Positions 25,797 through 32,965 of a stretch of DNA of 48,855 nt are shown piece by piece. The notes below the pieces were generated by a model that saw only the letters and a program-made list of their open reading frames with translations, was not told the origin of the DNA and did no database searches. The position numbers were made by a program, and so were the translations under genes. The stretch spans positions 1 to 48,855 of IMG/VR virus record IMGVR_UViG_3300047388_000092. One strand, given 5' to 3'. The first letter of the stretch is position 1; every line of letters begins with the position of its first letter. This DNA comes from a virus.

Positions 25797-26557
25797 TTTG
25801 TTCCTTTCTTCATAACCTCATTGAACTTCGCCATTCGTTCTGCGAAGGCATCCCATTTGAACTCGAAGGTTGGAGGAAGGTCGAGGGAGGCTCCCATTGA
25901 ACGCTTTGGTTCTGGAACTGTTTTTACGTAGCGAGTTATGATTCCTTTTTGTTCTTCTGCACAGCAGAGCCACTCATCAGAGAAGAAACCACCAAGATGG
26001 TCCTTAAGGTTTGAGGGAATTGCTGGTTTGATTCCAATAATGCCACCAGAATCCTCATCTTGAACCACGATTTCATGCGCAGTCATGATGAAGAACTTGT
26101 TGCAAGAGCGGAAGGTTGTGATGAATTTGGTCAACATGTTCCGAAAAGGAATCCAGTCCTTTATGGTCATCTTGTCCTTTTCCTTATCGTTGGAGTTTGC
26201 TTTCTCGGCAACAATGTAGTCAGTGAGATAAGTGGTTAGGCTTCCCGCTGTATCCACAATGAGAGTTTTCACCCACTCATCTTTTGCAGCAGCCTTAAGC
26301 ATCTCAACTGCCAGTGGCCAACGCTTAGCTGGTTCAGTTGGTTTTCCATCCTCTCCCACATTGGGAGTGTCATAGCGGAATTCTTTGTTTCCAAATTTCT
26401 CCCTGAACAATCTTACCGCACCTCCAAGGTTGTTGTCGCAGTCGAGGATATAGGGGTTAGGGAACATGAGGCTAAGAGTGGTCTTGCCACTTTTAGGTGG
26501 TCCTTTAAGGAGGAGACCAAAGGAAAGATTTGGACGATAATCGTCGGAGTTTTTCAT
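25793..26557 (-). CDS. Sak4-like RecA-superfamily ATPase (AAA_24-type recombination protein)
   Basis: Walker A LLKGPPKSGKTT is followed by PYILDCDNNLGG. Start set at ATG 26557, directly after the Zn-ribbon gene stop. Confidence 0.7.
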   Translation of the reverse strand: MKNSDDYRPNLSFGLLLKGPPKSGKTTLSLMFPNPYILDCDNNLGGAVRLFREKFGNKEFRYDTPNVGEDGKPTEPAKRWPLAVEMLKAAAKDEWVKTLIVDTAGSLTTYLTDYIVAEKANSNDKEKDKMTIKDWIPFRNMLTKFITTFRSCNKFFIMTAHEIVVQDEDSGGIIGIKPAIPSNLKDHLGGFFSDEWLCCAEEQKGIITRYVKTVPEPKRSMGASLDLPPTFEFKWDAFAERMAKFNEVMKKGTK

Positions 26558-26559
26558 TG

Positions 26560-26862
26560 TTAGAATTGATTGCTCTCGTGTGGAACTATTGCTTTGGTTG
26601 CCCTTGATGGAGCCACCGGGACCATCTTCGCCGCGCGCTTTGTCTTCTGCTGCTCTTTCACAAAGGACGCCGTCTCTGTGGCTTGGTTGAAAACCTTCTC
26701 CATCATGGCAGGTCCGGATGCGCCGGATAGGACGAGGTTCAAGGCCCATTTGGTGCAGCGTTCGCATAGGTTTAAGGTTCGCAATCCAAAGACTGCGGAG
26801 GAAGTTTCACATTCAAAAAGAATGTTACTATATTTGGTGCAACGGGAACATTTAGCTTTCAT
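26560..26862 (-). CDS. Zinc-ribbon protein
   Basis: 100 aa with two CxxC pairs (CSRC ... CERC). Confidence 0.45.
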   Translation of the reverse strand: MKAKCSRCTKYSNILFECETSSAVFGLRTLNLCERCTKWALNLVLSGASGPAMMEKVFNQATETASFVKEQQKTKRAAKMVPVAPSRATKAIVPHESNQF

Positions 26863-27977
26863 GGTTTTATCATCATTAACGCACTACGCGGTGGAACCGC
26901 ATTTGCTTGGTCAAGGATTTCGCTTATCATTTTTGTTGGATCAACTGACAGGTCGGCTTCTGGGACAGCAGAAGCAACCTTTTCTAGCTGCTCTTGTGTG
27001 ACAGGTGCAGCTAAAATCTGTTCAAGGTCCACTCGGTCCTTGTGCATTGGGGAGAACTCATCATTGGCAAAATCACCAGAATAAAGATAGTTAAGGCGCG
27101 CGGAGGGACAGAGTTGACAAACCTTAATATATTCACAGGGGCCAAATTTCGTGATGCACTGTGGCGTGTGCATGGGAAAGTAACCGCGTGCATGGTGATA
27201 GAGGAAATCTGACGCGATGTTGAGGATGTTCTCTTGCCATGCATCAAGGACTTCGGGGTCATAGGGGACTCGAAAACGGGAGAATTCGTTTCCCTTCCCT
27301 TTGATTTTGGCTGGTTTGCGACAAATAAGAGCGTTGATTTCCACGCCGGAAACTGGCTTGCCAAGAACTCGTTGAAGGGAGAAGCAATAACCTTGCATCT
27401 GGCTAGAAGTTGGATAAGGCTCAGCCATGTAGTCTCCGCCAACTGAGGAGGTCTTATGGTCCATAACAAAAATGCGACCATCTTGGAGTTGGATGCCAAG
27501 GTCAATGCGGCCTATCCAAACAATTTTCACGGCCCCAACTTGCCCAAGCTGAATTGCGAAGGAACGTTCAACCAAGGGCTTACCTTCATGTTGGATAAGC
27601 TTGAACGATTCTTGCGGCCATTGGAGGTTGTAGCCGCTAATGACATTCTTGGCGAAGGCTCTGGTTCGATATTCGTCAACCTTAAGCCGCGATTCCATTG
27701 GTGCATAGCAGAGGTCAATGATCTGGTGCTGTTTCACCACGCACTCAGGAGGAAGGGATTGGTCTAGGGGATAGTAGAGATAGCGGAACTTCATGCAGAG
27801 ATGGATGACTTCACCCATGAAGAAGGCGGAGTTGAAGGTTCCTACTCGTTTTCGAACTACAGCATACTCTGCTTTACGAGGACAAACGGTGAAGTTTTCG
27901 AGCCTCGAATTGTCTATGAACAAGGTGTTATCTATCAGTTGGAGTGCTGGAAGTTGTTGAATTGTTTGTTCATTCAT
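26859..27977 (-). CDS. PD-(D/E)XK exonuclease of the Cas4/RecB type with a four-Cys cluster
   Basis: N-terminal CPRKAEY. GRIDL...VMDHKTS is the D...DxK motif. QMQGY is present, and the C-terminus carries CITKFGPCEYIKVCQLC. Confidence 0.7.
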   Translation of the reverse strand: MNEQTIQQLPALQLIDNTLFIDNSRLENFTVCPRKAEYAVVRKRVGTFNSAFFMGEVIHLCMKFRYLYYPLDQSLPPECVVKQHQIIDLCYAPMESRLKVDEYRTRAFAKNVISGYNLQWPQESFKLIQHEGKPLVERSFAIQLGQVGAVKIVWIGRIDLGIQLQDGRIFVMDHKTSSVGGDYMAEPYPTSSQMQGYCFSLQRVLGKPVSGVEINALICRKPAKIKGKGNEFSRFRVPYDPEVLDAWQENILNIASDFLYHHARGYFPMHTPQCITKFGPCEYIKVCQLCPSARLNYLYSGDFANDEFSPMHKDRVDLEQILAAPVTQEQLEKVASAVPEADLSVDPTKMISEILDQANAVPPRSALMMIKP

Positions 27978-28333
27978 AATGGGTCATTGAAATAGAGGAC
28001 CACTCGTCCATGTTTTTGTGGAACAGAAAGTTGAAGGTCAGGATACCAAACGGTTGCTTCAATGGTTCTATCTGGTAGATTCATGACAGGAAATCTCTTC
28101 ACAAACCATTGTGGCATACAGTCTCGTTTGAAATGTTGCCACCATGAACGTGGAGTTCCTTTGATGGTTATTGTTTTTTGTCGTTCTCCAAGGACAAGAG
28201 CACGAAGTTGGAAAACTAAATCATCGGTGAAGTTCTCGGCATATTGGTAAAAATCTGCTTGGTAAGTTGCAAGATGCTTACGAAGCTTGCCTTGCATCAT
28301 TAGTGGAATTATTTCCAAGTCTACTTTGGTCAT
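27974..28333 (-). CDS. Hypothetical protein
   Basis: 119 aa. The ATG is preceded directly by the half site ACAAATTCAAC (28334-28344). Confidence 0.5.
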   Translation of the reverse strand: MTKVDLEIIPLMMQGKLRKHLATYQADFYQYAENFTDDLVFQLRALVLGERQKTITIKGTPRSWWQHFKRDCMPQWFVKRFPVMNLPDRTIEATVWYPDLQLSVPQKHGRVVLYFNDPL

Positions 28334-28496
28334 GTTGAATTTGTTTTTGTTGACAAGTTGGACAAAGTCCTGTGGTTTGGTAAGTTTTTGATGATTGGAG
28401 AGTTGGAAAATGGCCTACATCTTGTCCGCAGCCGTGTGGAGATGGGAGACAGAGGCCGCGTTCAATGTAAATCTTCTTTAGGTGGAATGGGTGCAT
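28278..28496 (-). CDS. Hypothetical Cys-rich protein
   Basis: 72 aa. The ATG overlaps the upstream stop (TAATG). The 3' end overlaps the next gene by 56 nt. Confidence 0.3.
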   Translation of the reverse strand: MHPFHLKKIYIERGLCLPSPHGCGQDVGHFPTLQSSKTYQTTGLCPTCQQKQIQHDQSRLGNNSTNDARQAS

Positions 28497-28672
28497 TATG
28501 GTTTACTATAATTAACTTCCACAACTTTATAACTTCTCTTACCACATCGAGAACAAGTTCTAAAATTCACACGAACACCTTGAAATTGACCATTATCTAG
28601 TCCATGTGGATATCCTTTCTTGTCATGGACACCAACAGCACAGAGAAGCTTTAGTAATTTTTGTTTAATCAT
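28496..28672 (-). CDS. Small Cys-containing protein (58 aa, below the ORF-track cutoff)
   Basis: Hand-translated as MIKQKLLKLLCAVGVHDKKGYPHGLDNGQFQGVRVNFRTCSRCGKRSYKVVEVNYSKP. ATGA overlap with the upstream ORF. Confidence 0.4.
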   Translation of the reverse strand: MIKQKLLKLLCAVGVHDKKGYPHGLDNGQFQGVRVNFRTCSRCGKRSYKVVEVNYSKP

Positions 28673-28851
28673 AACTTTAGATATTCTCCCACATCAACTT
28701 TCGCCACAACTTCCTTCTTCACCTTCGCTCCCTTCGTCTCCTTCACCAACTTAGCCCTTAGACTTTGCTGGCTTAACCTTAGCGTTTGCAGCTCCCTTAC
28801 GAACTCTCTCCTTTGCTCCACTGTCATCTGTCCCACCGTTACTCCCAGCAT
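28669..28851 (-). CDS. Hypothetical helical protein (or frameshift extension of 28751..29191)
   Basis: ATG-initiated C-terminal part of track ORF 28669..28995 (MLGVTVGQMTVEQRREFVRELQTL...). It overlaps the 146-aa ORF by 101 nt in another frame. Confidence 0.35.
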   Translation of the reverse strand: MLGVTVGQMTVEQRREFVRELQTLRLSQQSLRAKLVKETKGAKVKKEVVAKVDVGEYLKL

Positions 28852-29191
28852 CTCTAACAATGGTAGGTCGTTCGGTGTCTGAGTCGAGGACGAAGGAATT
28901 TCTGCGTTCAATGATGGCTGTGAATCGGGCGAGGTTTTCGGGGCTGTAGTAGTTGATTCCTTTTGATCTGAGTTCATCGGCAAGGGATTTGACATAAGAT
29001 GCGATTAAGCGTTGTTTGGTTGAAATTCCGGGACTAACGGATTGGATTGTGTTAATGTCATCAAGGAAGACGCGAGCGAAGAGTTGGACGCTAGGTTTGT
29101 AGATGGAGTTTTCATGGGGATCGGGGAGACCAATTTTTGGTTCCTCTTGTTTGGTTTCAGGGGGCGAAGGGAGTTCGTTTGGTTTTGTCAT
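28751..29191 (-). CDS. Hypothetical protein
   Basis: 146 aa. The N-terminal ~105 aa look globular and the tail is low complexity. Confidence 0.5.
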   Translation of the reverse strand: MTKPNELPSPPETKQEEPKIGLPDPHENSIYKPSVQLFARVFLDDINTIQSVSPGISTKQRLIASYVKSLADELRSKGINYYSPENLARFTAIIERRNSFVLDSDTERPTIVRDAGSNGGTDDSGAKERVRKGAANAKVKPAKSKG

Positions 29192-29709
29192 AGCATTATT
29201 ATGAACCCTCGATCATCGTTGGTGACTCCAACGTCGAAGGTTTTGGTAAGGTTGAGAACCTCCTCGATTGGAAAGTTCTTAATTTTCACTGGTTTGTTAA
29301 CTACTTTGGTGTGGATAAGGATTGCACAGGCGACGATTTGTTGAGGGATGGGGCGGTCAAGGGTGCAGAGGAAGTTGTCTTTGTCGCCTTGGACGTCTTG
29401 TGGACCTTGGACCGCTTCGAGAGCCTTGGTGCCTTTCTGACGAACCACAACCATACCTGCTTTGGTTGTAACTTCCAATTCGGGCCAAATTGTTTTAAGT
29501 CTTTCAAGGTCAACTGGAGAAGTCCAGTTATATTCGATGAGGGAGGAAACTGCATCTCGTAGGCGACATGAAAAAGTTGTTGAGGCAAGGCCAACTTCTT
29601 GCGGGTCAAAAGAACACGCTTGCGGATAGTGCGCGACGATTGCTTGAAGTGCTTTTTCATAACGGCGGAACATTTTTTCGGATTTGTGAGGGGGAGGTTG
29701 AGGGTTCAT
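29188..29709 (-). CDS. Hypothetical protein
   Basis: 173 aa, preceded by a 126-nt non-coding spacer (29710-29835). Confidence 0.55.
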   Translation of the reverse strand: MNPQPPPHKSEKMFRRYEKALQAIVAHYPQACSFDPQEVGLASTTFSCRLRDAVSSLIEYNWTSPVDLERLKTIWPELEVTTKAGMVVVRQKGTKALEAVQGPQDVQGDKDNFLCTLDRPIPQQIVACAILIHTKVVNKPVKIKNFPIEEVLNLTKTFDVGVTNDDRGFIIML

Positions 29710-29835
29710 ATTAGAAAGACCAACACAAGGGAGCTAGGCATTTCACATCAATGGCTTATATTACCGAATTTATACGGCATGTCGTCAACCAGTCCTTTGG
29801 TTCATGGTGAGCCACGCGGAGTGTTGGTCCAAAGT

Positions 29836-30111
29836 TCATTCAAATTTCAGTTGTGCGTCTGGAAAAACCAACGTCTCACCATCACTAGCCCTCTCTGCCA
29901 CCAAGAATCTTGGCGTTGTCGAATGACGGATTGAACTAGCTTGGATTTGAATTTTCGTGTCATTATTCGGGTCCCAAATCCACCAAGTCAAGTAGCGAAT
30001 ATGCGATTTGCTTGGCTTGGCGACGTTCGGCGCGGTTTGGTCCTGTTCTTGCTTTTGGCTTTGGTTGTCCTTTGCGAGGACTTTTCCCAACTCCACATTC
30101 AATGCGCTCAT
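29836..30111 (-). CDS. Hypothetical protein (ambiguous pair with 29963..30235)
   Basis: ATG-initiated part (MSALNVELG...) of track ORF 29836..30288. The C-terminal half looks beta-rich and protein-like. Confidence 0.35.
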   Translation of the reverse strand: MSALNVELGKVLAKDNQSQKQEQDQTAPNVAKPSKSHIRYLTWWIWDPNNDTKIQIQASSIRHSTTPRFLVAERASDGETLVFPDAQLKFE

Positions 30112-30235
30112 ATGTTGATTGTTGTGTTTTGTAATAGACGTTTGGGTCAAGAGAAACTTTTGGATTGTAGCTCCTTGGTTTAGGGTCAAGCTGGTCAAAG
30201 CTTGGAGGGGCAGTGATGGTTTGGTAAGGAGCCAT
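29963..30235 (-). CDS. Hypothetical basic protein (ambiguous pair with 29836..30111)
   Basis: 90 aa. The ATG at 30235 lies 3 nt downstream of motif copy 6. It overlaps the other frame by ~150 nt. Confidence 0.35.
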   Translation of the reverse strand: MAPYQTITAPPSFDQLDPKPRSYNPKVSLDPNVYYKTQQSTYERIECGVGKSPRKGQPKPKARTGPNRAERRQAKQIAYSLLDLVDLGPE

Positions 30236-30238
30236 AAG

Positions 30239-30261
30239 ACAAATTCAATGATTGAAAATGT
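30239..30261 (+). repeat. Start-associated palindromic motif, copy 6 (plus strand: ACAAATTCAA TGA TTGAAAATGT), the only copy oriented against its flanking genes
   Basis: The flanking genes are on the minus strand. The ACAAATTCAA arm points toward the gene-free segment 30262-30406. Confidence 0.9.
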
Positions 30262-30400
30262 GCTGCTTGGCTCGAATGTAGCTCCCACAAGCCGACGCGG
30301 GAGCTAAGCAATAAGCGTCAAACGCTGGTCGGTCTCCGCTATTCTTATTGCTTATGTGCTTCATTCAATTCCTGCACTTCGGAGTTCACCAAGCAGCACA
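30259..30400 (+). ncRNA. Candidate structured RNA or inverted-repeat-bounded element (strand uncertain)
   Basis: A perfect 12-bp inverted repeat (TGTGCTGCTTGG at 30259-30270 and CCAAGCAGCACA at 30389-30400) encloses two 8-bp hairpins. These are TAGCTCCC/GGGAGCTA (30279-30286 / 30299-30306) and GCAATAAG/CTTATTGC (30308-30315 / 30344-30351). No plausible ORF, and no U-tract after the hairpins on either strand. Confidence 0.3.
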
Positions 30401-30406
30401 AATGGT

Positions 30407-30658
30407 TTAGGTTATTTGAAGGACTTCAAGCAAATGACAGCCGGTGTTGCTCAACTTGTCGTTGATTTCACTCAGATCATAGGTGTCAATATGAGAGTCC
30501 AACTTATCTTCTTCAATATCGTCTTGCAATGCGTCATCTCGTAAGAGTTCACGCACCTTCTCAATTTGAAGTGCCGCCAAGCTTTCGTTCTTTGCTTCAA
30601 CTTGACGTAAGGTGAGGCTATCGTCGCCTTCTTCTGCCCAACCAACTACGTATTTCAT
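30407..30658 (-). CDS. Small strongly acidic protein
   Basis: 83 aa from ATG 30658, preceded by GAACAAATT. About 21 Asp/Glu against 8 Lys/Arg. Confidence 0.5.
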   Translation of the reverse strand: MKYVVGWAEEGDDSLTLRQVEAKNESLAALQIEKVRELLRDDALQDDIEEDKLDSHIDTYDLSEINDKLSNTGCHLLEVLQIT

Positions 30659-30671
30659 AATTTGTTCTTTC

Positions 30672-30704
30672 AAAAGGCTAGGTGGACATGTGGCTCCCAC
30701 CTAG
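30672..30704 (-). terminator. Intrinsic terminator candidate downstream of 30762..31433
   Basis: Minus strand reads CTAGGTGG-11 nt-CCACCTAG followed by CCTTTTG. Confidence 0.5.
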
Positions 30705-30761
30705 ATTGGGCCGAAAGATAACCAGAGTTAACTAGCCCCGCCACAACACCCAAGGTTTTTC

Positions 30762-31433
30762 TTAGGCTTCCACCATTGCGGTATATTGTCCCGCAAGCTT
30801 CTTGTTTTCCTCCGCGCGTTTGCGAGCCTCGTTCAAGCTGATTGCCTTGCCAAGAGACTCCCGCGTAGCTTCGACAACAATACCTTTGTTGCCAGCTTCT
30901 GTGAGAATCTTTTGGAGTGCAGCGGCGACAGCGGTGGCTTTGTCCGCACCAGCTGCAATAATCTGGTCCGCAGCGTCCAAGTAAGCCTTCGCGGTCTTCT
31001 TTGGCTGCATTGGTCCGCGCTCCGAGGCCGATGCGTCGAACGGAATTTGAGCGGCGACTTGGTCAGCCAGTTCCTTGAAGGAGCTTGGTTCCTGGCCGAG
31101 CTTGGCACAGACGCGAGCGAAATAGTCGCCTTCGGTTTCTGTGTATTTCTCGACCACGCCATCCTTGTCCTTGGTGGCTTCGCGTTCGATTCCAGTTTCT
31201 TCCTCGATACCTTTGATCGCGGGGATGTTGTTCGCAGGGTCTGCATCCTGTCCATGCAGGAACACAGGACGAAAGACCGCGAGCCAACTGCGATAGACTA
31301 CATTGTTAATCGCTTCGCGGAGACAGGCATCAACGTTTGCGTCGCCTTTTGCGTTTTCGTTGAATTCTTCATGCGTTGCAGGAACAGGAACTTGGATTTC
31401 AATTCCAAGTGATTTGAACGGTTTTGTTGTCAT
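30762..31433 (-). CDS. Hypothetical protein (223 aa), apparently its own expression unit
   Basis: Clean ORF that looks visibly GC-richer than its neighbours. The antisense track ORFs here look spurious. It is flanked by a 96-nt upstream spacer and a downstream hairpin plus T-tract. Confidence 0.6.
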   Translation of the reverse strand: MTTKPFKSLGIEIQVPVPATHEEFNENAKGDANVDACLREAINNVVYRSWLAVFRPVFLHGQDADPANNIPAIKGIEEETGIEREATKDKDGVVEKYTETEGDYFARVCAKLGQEPSSFKELADQVAAQIPFDASASERGPMQPKKTAKAYLDAADQIIAAGADKATAVAAALQKILTEAGNKGIVVEATRESLGKAISLNEARKRAEENKKLAGQYTAMVEA

Positions 31434-31529
31434 AACTATTTGAATCCAGTCGGGAGGAAACGAACCCTTTGCTGAGCTTTTGGTTCAGGAAGCCGCATCC
31501 TGTTTCGTTGAAATTTGAGTCAACGAGTC

Positions 31530-31892
31530 TCATTTTGGTTCTACGCCAAAAGTTTTAAATTTGTTAGGAAACAAAACGCGACAAAGCTTCTCGCAACGTT
31601 TAGTTGAAGATGAATGAGCTACTTCAAAGTCATCCAACAATGCACTTATTTTGTATTTAGGATGTAATAATTTTACATATTCCTGTCGTTGTTCCGGAGT
31701 TAGCTTCTTCTCCAACTCATGCACCGCGTTGAGGTCGTTAGGGTAGTCGGGAATATAGTCAACCCATTTTAGTGACTGTTGCCCCATTGCGCCAAGCATG
31801 TGGTGAGGCCCGCCAGTTTTCCACACTTCTTGTGAAGTGTGCATCCACCCATCCCACTCCGCCAACGCAATCCGCTGTTCTTTTTGTGTCAT
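31530..31892 (-). CDS. Hypothetical protein (possibly phage ABA-sandwich-like)
   Basis: 120 aa. RIALAEWDGW...IPDYPNDLNAVHELEKKL resembles a common phage domain. Recalled from memory only. Confidence 0.45.
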   Translation of the reverse strand: MTQKEQRIALAEWDGWMHTSQEVWKTGGPHHMLGAMGQQSLKWVDYIPDYPNDLNAVHELEKKLTPEQRQEYVKLLHPKYKISALLDDFEVAHSSSTKRCEKLCRVLFPNKFKTFGVEPK

Positions 31893-31893
31893 A

Positions 31894-32361
31894 TTAGGTT
31901 AAAGTGATTCCATTGACAAGCGTCGCGGTCCTACCGAGCGCATCGGAATAGACTATATCGTAGGTTCCTGCTGCGATGGTTCCGGGATATTCAAAGGTGA
32001 TGTTGGTGCTTGAGTCAACCTTGGCAAGCATGTCAATGGAGTTGATTTTAATGACTGCTGTGGGATCAAAACGAGTGCCGATTAGTTTGCAAGCAAGGAT
32101 TGTTGCGTGAGCGATTGACGCATGGTTGATGCTGGTGATTGTGGGAGCAAGCATGGTGATTGAGGAAATGTCACCAACGTCAAACATTCCTTTGATTGCG
32201 TTGAATTGGGTTGTCGCATCAGCAGCATTGTCGTAGGTTTTGACAACATCTTGTCCAGGATAGGTGAAGATTAGCTTGTTGCTCTCTTGACGGACTTGGA
32301 GGACAAGATAGAGGTTGATGACATTAAGCTTGTCATCGAGGATGTATTTGGGAGTGGCCAT
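31894..32361 (-). CDS. Hypothetical protein with Ig-like (IPT/TIG-like) C-terminal half
   Basis: 155 aa. PTITSINHASIAHATILACKLIGTRF...GTYDIVYSDALGRTATLVNGITL has an IPT-like beta-sandwich pattern. Confidence 0.45.
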   Translation of the reverse strand: MATPKYILDDKLNVINLYLVLQVRQESNKLIFTYPGQDVVKTYDNAADATTQFNAIKGMFDVGDISSITMLAPTITSINHASIAHATILACKLIGTRFDPTAVIKINSIDMLAKVDSSTNITFEYPGTIAAGTYDIVYSDALGRTATLVNGITLT

Positions 32362-32364
32362 AGG

Positions 32365-32460
32365 TTAATGTGTTGCAAGCCAGCCAAGAATCAATACTCC
32401 GCAGAACAAAGCTGAGCAAATGAACCAGAAGTAGATGAGTTTGAGTTGTGGTTTCATCAT
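32365..32460 (-). CDS. Tiny single-pass membrane protein (31 aa, below the ORF-track cutoff)
   Basis: Hand-translated as MMKPQLKLIYFWFICSALFCGVLILGWLATH. ATGA overlap with the upstream ORF. Confidence 0.35.
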   Translation of the reverse strand: MMKPQLKLIYFWFICSALFCGVLILGWLATH

Positions 32461-32627
32461 AAGTTATTTGGTTTTGAATCCATTTGAACTTCAACAAAAT
32501 TTGGAGTTGAATCGTCAACTCCAAAGCCAACGAGATAATAAGTCTCATTGAAAACTGGGTTATATGCTCCAACTTGTGCATCCATTGGAAAATGTTGCAA
32601 TGCTTCAATTGTTTCTTTAACAGTCAT
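32457..32627 (-). CDS. Hypothetical protein
   Basis: ATG-initiated part (MTVKETIEALQHF...) of track ORF 32457..32834. The start could lie further upstream. Confidence 0.4.
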   Translation of the reverse strand: MTVKETIEALQHFPMDAQVGAYNPVFNETYYLVGFGVDDSTPNFVEVQMDSKPNNL

Positions 32628-32710
32628 AAGTTTTTCAAATTCGACCCGCAGGGAACTTCCTTGAGGAACGAGCACCTCTCCCTGCGGGTCTTGGTTAGCA
32701 TGACGGCTCG

Positions 32711-32965
32711 TTAGATTGTTACTTGATGGAACGTATGCGTAGTGCTCGAAAACACAAGCATCGTTGGTTTTGGTTGAACAACCTTCTTGCTCCAAGAGCG
32801 GAGTTCTTTGTGAACTTCTTGGAAGGCTTGACAAACTACGCGGTTGGCATTAGCTGCCACGAAACGGCGAACTTCGTCTCGGGTGAATTTGAGTTTGCGT
32901 CCATTTCCAGTTCCATCGCACTTCGTAGCTCGAGGAACAATTTCAATGGTTGAATTTGTTTTCAT
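32711..32965 (-). CDS. Hypothetical protein
   Basis: 84 aa. ATGA overlap with the upstream gene. Codons 2-9 (KTNSTIEI) are motif copy 7. Confidence 0.45.
   Translation of the reverse strand: MKTNSTIEIVPRATKCDGTGNGRKLKFTRDEVRRFVAANANRVVCQAFQEVHKELRSWSKKVVQPKPTMLVFSSTTHTFHQVTI
32937..32959 (-). repeat. Start-associated palindromic motif, copy 7 (minus strand: ACAAATTCAA CCA TTGAAATTGT)
   Basis: Begins 3 nt after the ATG at 32965. This is one of the two copies whose right arm lacks an ATG. Confidence 0.9.
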
